This document shows positions 45,988 through 55,688 of a DNA stretch of 64,000 nucleotides, in pieces. A model generated the notes under the pieces. That model did no database searches and was not told where the DNA came from. It was given only the letters and a program-made list of their open reading frames with translations. Made by a program: the position numbers and the translations under genes. Numbering within the stretch: the stretch's first letter is position 1; each line of letters begins with the position of its first letter. The stretch is from positions 1,736-65,735 of the forward strand of contig CAZGOD010000002.1 of NCBI GenBank assembly GCA_964527715.1, given 5' to 3'. This DNA comes from an uncultured Thermoplasmatales archaeon. Its GTDB lineage: Archaea > Thermoplasmatota > E2 > DHVEG-1.

Positions 45988-47016
45988 TTATAGTTCAATG
46001 ATAATTTTAATTGAATTTTTTGATTGAGCTGCAAGTTTGAATCCTTTTGCAGCTTCACTTAGAGGGAATCTGTGAGTGATCAAATCTGTGACTTTCACTT
46101 TTTTACTTTTTATCAGTTCAATTGACTCTTTTAAATCTGCTGGCGCCCCTGCATACGTTGATACTATTTTTACTTGTTTATTCCATAAATCGAACATTGG
46201 AAATGGGATTATAATACCCGGTTCAGTTGGTGCAAAAAGTAGAATTGTTCCGCCTGCGGCAACTGAATTCATTGCCTGCTTTGCAGCGGAGGGTACACCT
46301 GCACATAATATCACGAGATCTGTCAATTTTCCATCATTATGTTTTTTTACTTCTTCAGCTACTTTTTCCTTTGCATTAATTGCTATATCTGCGCCCATTT
46401 TTTTCGCGGTTTTTAATCTAAAATCATCAATATCTGTAGCAAATATCTTACTTGCACCCATTGCTTTTGCTAGTTTAATATTTAGAAGACCCGCTGTGCC
46501 ACTTCCTAGAACAAGAACGCTTTGCCTTGATTTCATTTCCGCAATTCGCATACCTCTGACAGTACATGCAAGTGGTTCTATGAATGTGCCTTCTTCATAA
46601 GTCATTTCTTTTGGTAAAATAAATACTCCTCGATCAACATTTATCGCTGGGACTCTCAGGTATTCTGCGAAACCCCCTGGGTAAAAATTAGTGGAATGTA
46701 ATGTCTTACAGAGTGTATGCTGATCGTTTTCACAAAAACTACAGTTATTACATGGTACATGATGAGAAATGAATACTCTATCCGCGGCTTTTAACTTTTT
46801 TACGTTTTTTCCAACTTTTACAATGTCTCCGGACATTTCGTGACCTAGAACCCGGGGAGCTTTCTTCAATCGATACCATTCCATCACGTCACTGCCACAG
46901 ATACCACATGCCTGAACTTTTACAAGAATCTCATCGTCATTTATTTTTGGTATTGGCATTTCTTCAATTTGGACTTTGTTATTATTGTAATACATTGCGA
47001 CTTTCATTTTTTCCAT
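45988..47016 (-). CDS. Zn-dependent alcohol dehydrogenase (sorbitol/threonine dehydrogenase-like)
   Basis: CGICGSD, GHEMSG, structural Zn C..C..C motif, EPLAC, GSGTAG. Confidence 0.9.
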   Translation of the reverse strand: MEKMKVAMYYNNNKVQIEEMPIPKINDDEILVKVQACGICGSDVMEWYRLKKAPRVLGHEMSGDIVKVGKNVKKLKAADRVFISHHVPCNNCSFCENDQHTLCKTLHSTNFYPGGFAEYLRVPAINVDRGVFILPKEMTYEEGTFIEPLACTVRGMRIAEMKSRQSVLVLGSGTAGLLNIKLAKAMGASKIFATDIDDFRLKTAKKMGADIAINAKEKVAEEVKKHNDGKLTDLVILCAGVPSAAKQAMNSVAAGGTILLFAPTEPGIIIPFPMFDLWNKQVKIVSTYAGAPADLKESIELIKSKKVKVTDLITHRFPLSEAAKGFKLAAQSKNSIKIIIEL

Positions 47017-47090
47017 GTGATGACCTAAAAGTGAAAAGATTAATTATTTATTATATGTTACCACTGTGCAGTTAAACAAAAAGAGGATAT

Positions 47091-47558
47091 ATGAACATGG
47101 GATTATTTGGACCACCTGGAATAACTTTGATGCTGGAAAAATACAATTTTAACCCTGGAGAAATAGCTAAAGGAAATATTACAATCAATTTGAAAAAACC
47201 AACATACGCCAGAAAATTAATGGTTTCATTAATTGGTGTTAGAAGGGTCAGACGAGGTAATAGTTGGCAATGGCAAAAAGTATATGATTTTGACATGCCA
47301 ATATCAGGTGAAAAAGACTATCAAAACGAACAAGTTCCGTTTCAATTGCAAATACCGCCAGATATTTTACAGGCCAAAACAAGTCAACAGGCGGTACAAG
47401 AAGGCCTTCAAGATAAATTAGGCGCCGCAGGGTCCTTAATTAGTGCAATTTCTGTTGGAACAGGTGTTACTAAATGGAAAATAAGAGCGCAATTAGATAT
47501 TCCAAAGAAATTGGATGTTAAAGCAGACCAAGATATACAGCTCTATGCGGAAAGTTAA
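47091..47558 (+). CDS. Hypothetical protein, arrestin-N/SpoOM-like beta-sandwich
   Basis: PGEIAKGNITINL, PFQLQIP, WKIRAQLDIPKKLD pattern. Confidence 0.5.
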   Translation: MNMGLFGPPGITLMLEKYNFNPGEIAKGNITINLKKPTYARKLMVSLIGVRRVRRGNSWQWQKVYDFDMPISGEKDYQNEQVPFQLQIPPDILQAKTSQQAVQEGLQDKLGAAGSLISAISVGTGVTKWKIRAQLDIPKKLDVKADQDIQLYAES

Positions 47559-47585
47559 ACCCAGTTTGGTGATATGGTAAGTTAA

Positions 47586-48494
47586 TTACATCGATCTTAA
47601 TCTTCTAATTCTCTCATCTATTGGTGGATGTGTCGACCAAATTGATTCTATGTTTTGCTGCTTAAATGGGTTCGCAATGTAGAGAGGGGCTACGGTCTTT
47701 GAACCTTTTGGCTTCCCTTTTGGATGATCAGATTTAATTTTTCCCAATGCCTTTGCCAATCCCCCGGGGTTTCTGGTTAGATATGCCCCATTTGAATCTG
47801 CTAGATATTCCCTACGTCGTGAAATCATAAGATAAACAAGTCTCGAAAATATGGGTGCGAGTATGACAAGGAGGATTGCAATAATAAGAATTACAGCATT
47901 TCCACCGTTTCTTCCTCTACTTCTTCCGGCTCCACCCCAAAACATTGAATAAAATAAAATTTCAGCAAGAAGAGCTATTGTGCCAACAACAGCTAGTGTC
48001 ACTGTTGCAATAAGAATATCGTGATTTTTAATATGACTCATCTCATGCGCCATTACCCCCTCAAGTTCATCCTTATCAAGTTTTTTTAATGCACCAGTAG
48101 TTACACATATTACTGAATTCTCTGGTTTTTTACCTGTCGCAAATGCATTAATATTGTCTGATTCCTGGACATACGCCTTTGGAGTTGGAAGTCCTGCAGC
48201 TATAGCCATTTCTTCAACTTTATAGATGAATAATTTTTCCTCTCTTACATGTGGGTTTGCAGGACGAGCCTTAGCTGCAGATATTACTGTCCGTACAGAA
48301 AATGAATAAGTTATGGCAACGTATGCAATTGCAATAGGGATTCCGAATATAAGTCCGAGATATATACTTCCTGTAAAGATATACCCAAAGGCAAAAACAA
48401 CACCTAAAAACAATATCGCCATAATTGTACAAATGAGTATAGTGTTGCGCTTGTTTTTCCGGATATGATCTTCCATCTGCAGATGTTTTGCCAT
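47586..48494 (-). CDS. htpX: HtpX-like M48 zinc metalloprotease
   Basis: NAFATG, AHEMSH (HExxH), SRRREYLAD, STHPPIDERI. Confidence 0.92.
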   Translation of the reverse strand: MAKHLQMEDHIRKNKRNTILICTIMAILFLGVVFAFGYIFTGSIYLGLIFGIPIAIAYVAITYSFSVRTVISAAKARPANPHVREEKLFIYKVEEMAIAAGLPTPKAYVQESDNINAFATGKKPENSVICVTTGALKKLDKDELEGVMAHEMSHIKNHDILIATVTLAVVGTIALLAEILFYSMFWGGAGRSRGRNGGNAVILIIAILLVILAPIFSRLVYLMISRRREYLADSNGAYLTRNPGGLAKALGKIKSDHPKGKPKGSKTVAPLYIANPFKQQNIESIWSTHPPIDERIRRLRSM

Positions 48495-48516
48495 GGTATC
48501 AAACGTTTACAATCAT

Positions 48517-49074
48517 TTAGAATTTTACTTTTGGCAGTTCTCTAGATGCTTCTGGAATTTGTAGCATTTCTCTCATTTTCTTTCCCATTCTGCGTGCAAA
48601 GAAGTTGCCAGGGAATGTCTCTATTGTGTTGTTAAATGATAAAACAGTATCATTGTAGTGTTGTCTTGAGTAGGCAATTTTATCCTCGGTGTGGGTGAGT
48701 TCATCCTGTAGGTTCAAGAAATTCTGATTTGCCTTTAAATCAGGATAATTTTCCGCTACTGCAAATAGTGTTTTTAATGCCCCAGTAAGCATGTTATCTG
48801 CTTCAATGTTTTTTTGTGGTGTCTTTGCATTCATAAGAGATGTTCGTGCTTTGGTTACATTTTCAAGCACTTCTTTTTCATGCTTCATGTAGCCTTTGAC
48901 GGTCTCCATGAGATTTGGAATGAGCTCTGCTCTTCTTCTGAGTTGAACATCAATTTGAGCCCAGGAGTTGTCTATCCTGTTTTCCACTCTTATTATCTTG
49001 TTGTAATATCCTACATAGATAAGGAGGAATATTACTGCAATTATTATTACAATTAAAACAATCCATAACCACAT
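48517..49074 (-). CDS. lemA: LemA family protein
   Basis: WAQIDVQLRRR.ELIPNL, AVAENYPDLKANQNF, RQHYND. Confidence 0.95.
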   Translation of the reverse strand: MWLWIVLIVIIIAVIFLLIYVGYYNKIIRVENRIDNSWAQIDVQLRRRAELIPNLMETVKGYMKHEKEVLENVTKARTSLMNAKTPQKNIEADNMLTGALKTLFAVAENYPDLKANQNFLNLQDELTHTEDKIAYSRQHYNDTVLSFNNTIETFPGNFFARRMGKKMREMLQIPEASRELPKVKF

Positions 49075-49186
49075 TTTCTATTTCCCCTTTCTTTTTTGAG
49101 GTGGGTTAATAATGTTTTTTATTTAAAGCTATCGTATTTAAATAATAGGTTTATAAATCATTAGTTTATTTCATCATCGAGATGGG

Positions 49187-50116
49187 ATGAAAAAGAATAT
49201 GATAGTCATCGGAGTGGCGATTTTACTACTATTGGTTATTTTAATCAGTTTCCTTGGAGGAGATGACGAAGATAACTATAAAGTTACTAACATACAGAGA
49301 GCTATAGATCGTGCAAAATCTGGTGATACAATAAAGGTTCCAGTTGGTACATACTATGAGAATATCATTATTGATAAGCCTATTAAGTTAATTGGTGAAC
49401 ATAAGCGGTTAACTGTTATTGATGGGAACAATAGTGGTAGTGTGATTACCATTTACGCAAATGGAGTGACTATCAAGGGATTTACCATTATAAATAGTGG
49501 TAATCATCCTAATGCCTGCGGGGTGTTTGTGAATTCAAACAATAATGTCATACAGGGGAACAGTATAGTAAATAATGATTATGGAATAGGGTTATGGGGT
49601 GCTGAGAATAATAAAATACTTGGCAATCAAATTTCAGAAAGCAACTGGTCAGGGATCTACTTAGCCTCCTCATCAGACCATAATACTCTAACTGGGAATA
49701 CAGTCATTGGGAATATCTCTGATGATAACGATGATGATTACTGCATTCATCTAAATGGTGCATCAAATAATGTAATCCAAGAAAACAGTGTCTCTTATTG
49801 TTACAATGGCATATCTTTAACGAATTCCGATGAAAATACACTCTTAGAGAATATTGTTGAGAATAATACTAATGGATTAGGGATCACTGAATCTGATGAT
49901 AATCAAATTTTCAAAAATAATTTCATAAATAATCTGCATCATGCTTTTGATAATTCAAATAACACATGGTATACGGCTAGTTTAGAAGAGGGGAACTACT
50001 GGGATGATTACACTGGAAAAGATAGCGACAGCGATGGGGTTGGCGACACATCCTACAAAATCGATGATGGGACTAACCAGGACAATTACCCATTGATGAA
50101 TAAAGTTGAAATTTAA
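49187..50116 (+). CDS. Secreted/anchored parallel beta-helix (NosD/CASH) protein
   Basis: N-terminal hydrophobic anchor, IQRAID, GTYYENI, repeated N...N..GI.L units, GNYWDDY, D.YPL. Confidence 0.8.
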   Translation: MKKNMIVIGVAILLLLVILISFLGGDDEDNYKVTNIQRAIDRAKSGDTIKVPVGTYYENIIIDKPIKLIGEHKRLTVIDGNNSGSVITIYANGVTIKGFTIINSGNHPNACGVFVNSNNNVIQGNSIVNNDYGIGLWGAENNKILGNQISESNWSGIYLASSSDHNTLTGNTVIGNISDDNDDDYCIHLNGASNNVIQENSVSYCYNGISLTNSDENTLLENIVENNTNGLGITESDDNQIFKNNFINNLHHAFDNSNNTWYTASLEEGNYWDDYTGKDSDSDGVGDTSYKIDDGTNQDNYPLMNKVEI

Positions 50117-50134
50117 CTAATTAAATCCCTTGGT

Positions 50135-50920
50135 CTATTTTTTGTTTGATTTGAATATATCATAGGCTTCTTTTGGTTTTGCTTTTTTATGAACAATTGC
50201 ATTTACTGCTTTGATCATACCAACAGGATTACTACTTTGAAAAATATTCCTACCCATATCTACTCCAATCGCTCCTGCTTGAAGGGCATCATAAGCCATC
50301 TGAAGCGCATCTTTTTCAGAGACTTTTTTGCCACCAGCAACCACTATTGGAACAGGACAAGTGTTGACTACTTTTTCGAAGCCCTTACAATAATAGGTTT
50401 TAACTATACTTGCGCCTAGTTCAGCTGCCATACGAGATGCAAGTGACAAATATCGCACATCTTTGCCAAGACCTTTACCAACAGCGGTTACAGCAAGAAC
50501 AGGTATCCCATATCTATTTGCTTCATCGATATACTCAGTCATAGCAAGGAGAGTATCTCTTTCAAATGGTTGACCTACAAGTATTGAAAAAGCAACTGCT
50601 GCAACATTTAGTCTTATTGCATCTTCAATATCAACTGAAATTCCTTCATGAAGTAAATTTGTTTCATTAAGGATACTTGTTCCACCAGATACTCTTAAGC
50701 ATATTGGAATATCTGTTTCAGGAGGAATATAGTTGCGCAAACCTCCCCTTGTTGGCATAAGAACGTCAGCATACGGTATGAGTGGTCTTACCATTTCTCC
50801 AAGGTTTTCCAGACCTGTGGTTGGTCCCATGAAATACCCATGATCAACAGCTAACATAACAGTATGTCCATCTTTTGGTTGAATAATTTTTGAAAGACGG
50901 TTTTTCATTCCCCAATCCAT
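50135..50920 (-). CDS. lsrF: LsrF-like class I aldolase/thiolase (DhnA family)
   Basis: MDWGMKNRL, MLAVDHGYFMGPTTGL, AELGA.IVKTYY, AGGKK, DMGRNIFQ; start taken at ATG 50920. Confidence 0.88.
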   Translation of the reverse strand: MDWGMKNRLSKIIQPKDGHTVMLAVDHGYFMGPTTGLENLGEMVRPLIPYADVLMPTRGGLRNYIPPETDIPICLRVSGGTSILNETNLLHEGISVDIEDAIRLNVAAVAFSILVGQPFERDTLLAMTEYIDEANRYGIPVLAVTAVGKGLGKDVRYLSLASRMAAELGASIVKTYYCKGFEKVVNTCPVPIVVAGGKKVSEKDALQMAYDALQAGAIGVDMGRNIFQSSNPVGMIKAVNAIVHKKAKPKEAYDIFKSNKK

Positions 50921-51046
50921 AATAAATCGCCTCTGACTTTCTAGGATAATAAGCAAAGATTATATAAAATATCTCTAAGGGGTTTATAGTAAATCTTTAA
51001 ATTTGATGATGTATTACCAGTGTTGCAATATAGGGAGGCGTAATAG

Positions 51047-52495
51047 ATGTCAGTTATTGAAAATTTGGAGCCGAAATTGGTATGGAAGCATTTTGATGAA
51101 ATCAGGAAAATACCTCGGTGTTCTAAACATGAGGAAAAGATACGAGAGCACATCATTGATTTTGCAAAACAACACAATTTGAAATTAAAAACAGATAAGA
51201 CTGGAAATGTTGTTATTTCAAAATCAGCAAGTTCGGGAATGGAAGGAAAACCCACTGTTGTTCTGCAAGGCCATATGGATATGGTTTGTGAGAAAAACAG
51301 TGATGTGGAGTTTGATTTTGCAAACGATCCTATAAAACTCAAACTAGATGGTGACATTCTCACTGCTGATGGGACAACTCTTGGTGCAGATGATGGTATC
51401 GGTGTTGCTACGATACTTGCTATACTTGAAGACACTTCTTTGAAACATGGACCTATTGAAGCATTGTTTACAATTGATGAGGAGACGGGGCTTACGGGTG
51501 CATTTGCAATGGAATCAGATATGTTAACAGGAAAAATACTGCTTAACCTTGACAGCGAAGATTTTGGTGTTATAACTGTTGGATGTGCTGGTGGTGGAGA
51601 TTCAGAGATAGAATTTCCATTCAAAACCCAACCAATAAATGGAAGTCTGGAAAGTGTGACTATTAAAATCTCTGGATTACGAGGTGGACATTCTGGCGTT
51701 GATGCTCATGAACAGCGTGGAAATGCAATAAAACTGTTGACAAGAATGCTTTGGGAAGCAAAATATGGTCATAAATTCTATATAACAGAGATGAAGGGCG
51801 GAGATAAGCATAATGCCATACCTCGTGAAGCATATGCAAAAGTCTCTATCGACAAATCAGATAAAGATAAGTTCATCTCTACATTAAAAGCAGAAGGAAA
51901 AGACATACTTGAGGAAATTAAGCCAATCGATCCAAATTTCAGAGTAGATGTAGAAAATATTGAAAAACTCCATACAACGCTCACTAATGAATCACAAAAT
52001 AAACTGTTAAATCTCTTACATGGCCTTCCACATGGAGTTGACAAAATGAGCTACGATATTCCTGGCCTTGTCGAGACATCAACTAATCTTGCTGCAGTTG
52101 CATTCAACGAAAGCAATGTCTCAATAGATTTGAGCACGCGAAGTTCGATAAAATCTGCGTTACAGGACTTCCGTGACCGTATACGTGCAGTTGCAGAACT
52201 GTCTGGTGCAAAGGTCTCCGAGGAAGCACCGTATCCTGGCTGGAAGCCAAACCTTGATTCAAAGATTCTTGACCTTTCAAAGAAAATATTCAAAGATATG
52301 TACAATGAAGAGCCTGTTGTAGAAGCGATACATGCTGGGCTTGAGTGTGGGATCATTGGTGAGAAATTCCCAGGAATGGATATGGTGTCCATAGGGCCAA
52401 CTGTTAAATATCCGCATTCACCAGAGGAACAAGTGCATGTTAGTACTGTTGACAAGTTCTACAAGTACGTGCTAAAAATATTAGAAAATGTATAA
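51047..52495 (+). CDS. pepD: Aminoacyl-histidine dipeptidase (M20C)
   Basis: LQGHMDMV, GTTLGADDGIG, DEETGL.GA, NLDSE, GGHSG, IHAGLECG, HSPEE. Confidence 0.95.
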   Translation: MSVIENLEPKLVWKHFDEIRKIPRCSKHEEKIREHIIDFAKQHNLKLKTDKTGNVVISKSASSGMEGKPTVVLQGHMDMVCEKNSDVEFDFANDPIKLKLDGDILTADGTTLGADDGIGVATILAILEDTSLKHGPIEALFTIDEETGLTGAFAMESDMLTGKILLNLDSEDFGVITVGCAGGGDSEIEFPFKTQPINGSLESVTIKISGLRGGHSGVDAHEQRGNAIKLLTRMLWEAKYGHKFYITEMKGGDKHNAIPREAYAKVSIDKSDKDKFISTLKAEGKDILEEIKPIDPNFRVDVENIEKLHTTLTNESQNKLLNLLHGLPHGVDKMSYDIPGLVETSTNLAAVAFNESNVSIDLSTRSSIKSALQDFRDRIRAVAELSGAKVSEEAPYPGWKPNLDSKILDLSKKIFKDMYNEEPVVEAIHAGLECGIIGEKFPGMDMVSIGPTVKYPHSPEEQVHVSTVDKFYKYVLKILENV

Positions 52496-52501
52496 ACAAG
52501 G

Positions 52502-52521
52502 GAAAGGAAGTCGTTCCTTTC
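52502..52521 (+). terminator. Hairpin downstream of pepD
   Basis: GAAAGGAA-GTCG-TTCCTTTC perfect 8-bp stem followed by a pyrimidine-rich tract. Confidence 0.45.
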
Positions 52522-52579
52522 TAATTCCTCTTTCTTTTCAAAATATTCAATAACAACTAGCATATTTCTCCATTAACAA

Positions 52580-52651
52580 GCGGATATGATCTAGTGGTTA
52601 TGATCTTGGCTTCCCAAGCCAAGCGCTCGGGTTCAAATCCCGGTATCCGCA
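52580..52651 (+). tRNA. tRNA-Gly(CCC)
   Basis: Acceptor GCGGATA/TATCCGC, anticodon arm TTGGC-TTCCCAA-GCCAA, T-loop GTTCAAAT, discriminator A, no encoded CCA, no intron. Confidence 0.97.
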
Positions 52652-52675
52652 TGATAAATACCGGAGAGGAAATGC

Positions 52676-52867
52676 GTGGTAAAAGTTGGAGATAGAATTG
52701 AAATAATTGAAATATATGACACTTGGACAAAACTTAAAAAAGGAGACAAAGGAACTGTTGCAAAGATTGAAAAAGATCAAGATATTATATGGGCAACTTG
52801 GGATAACGGCGAAAAGATTGCTCTTCTCGATGGCGTTGATAAATATAAGGTGATTAAAAAAAGGTGA
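52676..52867 (+). CDS. Small SH3-like protein (DUF4314-like)
   Basis: VGDRIE..D......G.KGTV......I...WDNG..IAL..GVD pattern; GTG start after GGAGAGGA. Confidence 0.6.
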   Translation: MVKVGDRIEIIEIYDTWTKLKKGDKGTVAKIEKDQDIIWATWDNGEKIALLDGVDKYKVIKKR

Positions 52868-52871
52868 TAAA

Positions 52872-53588
52872 ATGAATAGGAACCTATTGCTTGTTAGCAA
52901 TTCAACACTTCACGGAAGCGGATATTTAGATCATTGCGCTGATGAAATTAAAAAATTCCTAGGGAAAAGAAAAAGTGTTCTATTTATACCATACGCGCGA
53001 CCAGGTGGTATGACTCATGATGAATACACGAAACTCGCTTGGGAGCGTTTTAAAAAAATGGGATACGAGCTTACAGGCATCCATGAATATAAAGACCAGA
53101 AAAAAGCTGTTAAATCCGCTGAGGCTATATTTATTGGAGGGGGAAACACTTTTGTTCTTCTAGATAGGCTCTACAAAGCAGATGTCATCGAGGGCATTAG
53201 AAAAAGAGTGAAAGAGGGATTGCCCTATATTGGTACCAGTGCAGGTTCAAATGTTGCTTGTAGAAGTATCAAAACAACAAACGATATGCCGATTGTGTAC
53301 CCGCCTTCTTTCAAAGCCTTAAATCTTGTCCCATTTAACATTAACCCACATTATCTTGACCCTGATCCAAATTCTAAACATAAAGGCGAAACAAGGGAGA
53401 CGAGAATCAAAGAATTCCATTTCTACAATAATGAATACGTCGTAGGATTGAGAGAAGGAGCAATATTACATATTGTCAACGATGACATCACTCTTAAGGG
53501 CACTACAGGTGCAAGAATACTCAAAAAACAAAATGAGCCGAAGGAGTATAAACCCGGAGACAAACTTGATTTTCTCTTAAAAGGTTAA
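52872..53588 (+). CDS. pepE: Dipeptidase E (peptidase S51)
   Basis: LFIPYA, FIGGGNTF, GTSAG, INPHY, GETRETRI.EF, GLREG. Confidence 0.95.
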   Translation: MNRNLLLVSNSTLHGSGYLDHCADEIKKFLGKRKSVLFIPYARPGGMTHDEYTKLAWERFKKMGYELTGIHEYKDQKKAVKSAEAIFIGGGNTFVLLDRLYKADVIEGIRKRVKEGLPYIGTSAGSNVACRSIKTTNDMPIVYPPSFKALNLVPFNINPHYLDPDPNSKHKGETRETRIKEFHFYNNEYVVGLREGAILHIVNDDITLKGTTGARILKKQNEPKEYKPGDKLDFLLKG

Positions 53589-53655
53589 TAAAAACATTTA
53601 TCGAGAAAGCAGATAGACTCACAGTTATAGCTTTAAAAGTTGAAAACGACTGAGA

Positions 53656-54678
53656 CTAGAAAAGTGTTTTTTGTTTCATCATATTCTCAACATTCGAGAA
53701 TTTATTGAGAACTGAGGCCACTCGCTCCAGGATAAACTGATGTTCATCACAGAGCATCCTTAAAATCGCTTCCTTATCTGCAGATGTCCATTCAAGTTTA
53801 TAGTCATCTGTGACTTTTGGCTTTAGAAACATTTTCCGGATTTCCTTGATTTCATCAAAAGTAGGAGCATCATTAGCACCAAAAGTTGAAAGAGCATTCT
53901 CAGCATTACCTGCTTTTTTGATCATCTGAAGGCTTTTCTTAGGACCCACACCCTTAATTCCATCATTAAAATCAGTTCCAATAAGAATAGCCATATCAAC
54001 TAATTGTTTCTGAGTCACACCAAGGATTTTAAGGTTTTTCTGTAACCTTATAATCTCAGGGTTAACCTTTGTATAAGATTGCTTACCGGGCAACTTCCGT
54101 CTACCCGAAGAAGTAAGATTACGGATTAAAACAGGTGAACCCACGAGGAGGCAATCATAATCTTGTGAACCCACTGCATATGCATCACCTTTTTTAACCA
54201 TATAACTAGCTTGCGCCTCTCCTTCCATAGGAGCTTGAATATGAGGTATTCCAAATGCATCCAGTAGTTCTTTACTCTGATTTATTATTTCATCTGTTAC
54301 ACGTGACGTCTGCTGGGCTTTTGATCTAGCTGTTTCTAAGTCCCCTTTTTCAAGTGCTTCCTTCCATTCTTTTTCAGCTTTTTCTTTCCGCGCCCTACGC
54401 TCCTGTAATGTTTTTGCTTTCAGCGGGTGAGGCTTACCATCAAAAACATAAACCGGTCTTATACGTGACTCTAACATATTAGCAGTTCTATAAAGCAGAC
54501 CAGATAGATGGGAGGTCACACGTCCTTTTGAGTCCTTAAGAGGCGTTCCATCTCTCCCACGTATAATCGCAAGAAATTGATGAAGAACATTATGAGCATC
54601 AATAACAACTACTCTATCATGCAAATCATTAAATGAAATTTTTTCTTTTTTAAATAAATCCCCTAAATCAACACCCAT
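53656..54678 (-). CDS. fen: Flap endonuclease 1
   Basis: MGVDL, IDAHN, VFDG, EGEAQA, SQDYD, GTDFN.G..G.G, C-terminal PIP box QKTLF. Confidence 0.97.
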   Translation of the reverse strand: MGVDLGDLFKKEKISFNDLHDRVVVIDAHNVLHQFLAIIRGRDGTPLKDSKGRVTSHLSGLLYRTANMLESRIRPVYVFDGKPHPLKAKTLQERRARKEKAEKEWKEALEKGDLETARSKAQQTSRVTDEIINQSKELLDAFGIPHIQAPMEGEAQASYMVKKGDAYAVGSQDYDCLLVGSPVLIRNLTSSGRRKLPGKQSYTKVNPEIIRLQKNLKILGVTQKQLVDMAILIGTDFNDGIKGVGPKKSLQMIKKAGNAENALSTFGANDAPTFDEIKEIRKMFLKPKVTDDYKLEWTSADKEAILRMLCDEHQFILERVASVLNKFSNVENMMKQKTLF

Positions 54679-54763
54679 CTCTCAAAAACCCTGAATAGGT
54701 TCTATGAATATAGATTTTCCCCACAGCGATAATTTTAAAGAAGAAAACAACATTCCCACGTCG

Positions 54764-55675
54764 ATGAAACGAGACCTTATATCAATGCTTGATGTAAAAG
54801 AGGATCTAGAAGAAATCATTGATCTAGGAATTGACCTTAAAAGAAAATCAAAAAGCGGAATGACAATAGAACACCTTAAAGGTAAAACACTTGGCATGAT
54901 ATTTGAAAAATCTAGCACTCGTACACGTGTCTCTTTTGAAGTAGCAATGGAAAAACTCGGCGGTCACGCCCTGTTTCTAAGTAAAAACGACATACAACTT
55001 GGAAGAGGAGAAAACATTGAGGACACAGCAATAGTACTCTCCCGTTACGTTGACATGATAATGTACCGTGCAATGAGCCATGAAGCAATGAAAGAACTCA
55101 CAAAACACGCAACAGTACCAGTAATAAGCGGACTTGATGATAAAGAACACCCATGCCAGGTTGTCACCGATCTCATGACAATAAAAGAAAACAAGGGAAA
55201 ACTCAAAGGTTTAAACTTTGTCTACATAGGCGATGGAAAAAACAACATGTCACATTCATATCTACTTGGCTGTGGCATCACCGGTATGAATATAAAAATT
55301 GTTGCACCAAAAGAATATTGGCCAGATGAATACTACGTTAAAGAAGCAAAAAAATATGGAGTAAAAGTTGAAATCACAGATGAAATAGAAGGTTCAACTA
55401 TTGACGCAGACGTTGTTGCAACAGACACGTGGGTTTCTATGGGTGATGAAAAACAAAAAGAACAGAGATTGAAAGATTTCAAAGGATACACTATAGATGG
55501 AGAACTAATGAAACAAGCTAGAAATGATGCAATTTTCCTACATTGCCTACCAGCATATTATGGCTACGAAGTAACAAAAGAAGTAGCACATGGGCCACAA
55601 AGCGTTATTTTTGATGAGGCAGAAAACCGTATGTGGGCACAAATCGCAGTAATGGTTACACTCTGTAAAAAATAA
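54764..55675 (+). CDS. argF: Ornithine carbamoyltransferase
   Basis: FEKSSTRTR, HPCQ, TDTWVSMG, FLHCLP, AENR; start taken at ATG 54764. Confidence 0.95.
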   Translation: MKRDLISMLDVKEDLEEIIDLGIDLKRKSKSGMTIEHLKGKTLGMIFEKSSTRTRVSFEVAMEKLGGHALFLSKNDIQLGRGENIEDTAIVLSRYVDMIMYRAMSHEAMKELTKHATVPVISGLDDKEHPCQVVTDLMTIKENKGKLKGLNFVYIGDGKNNMSHSYLLGCGITGMNIKIVAPKEYWPDEYYVKEAKKYGVKVEITDEIEGSTIDADVVATDTWVSMGDEKQKEQRLKDFKGYTIDGELMKQARNDAIFLHCLPAYYGYEVTKEVAHGPQSVIFDEAENRMWAQIAVMVTLCKK

Positions 55676-55688
55676 AATACACTTATTT

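Noticed and set aside
45988-50920. lsrF plus Zn-dehydrogenase as an AI-2 quorum-sensing module
   Set aside because: No lsrK, lsrG or lsrACDB transporter in the window; LsrF-like aldolases are widespread without AI-2 systems
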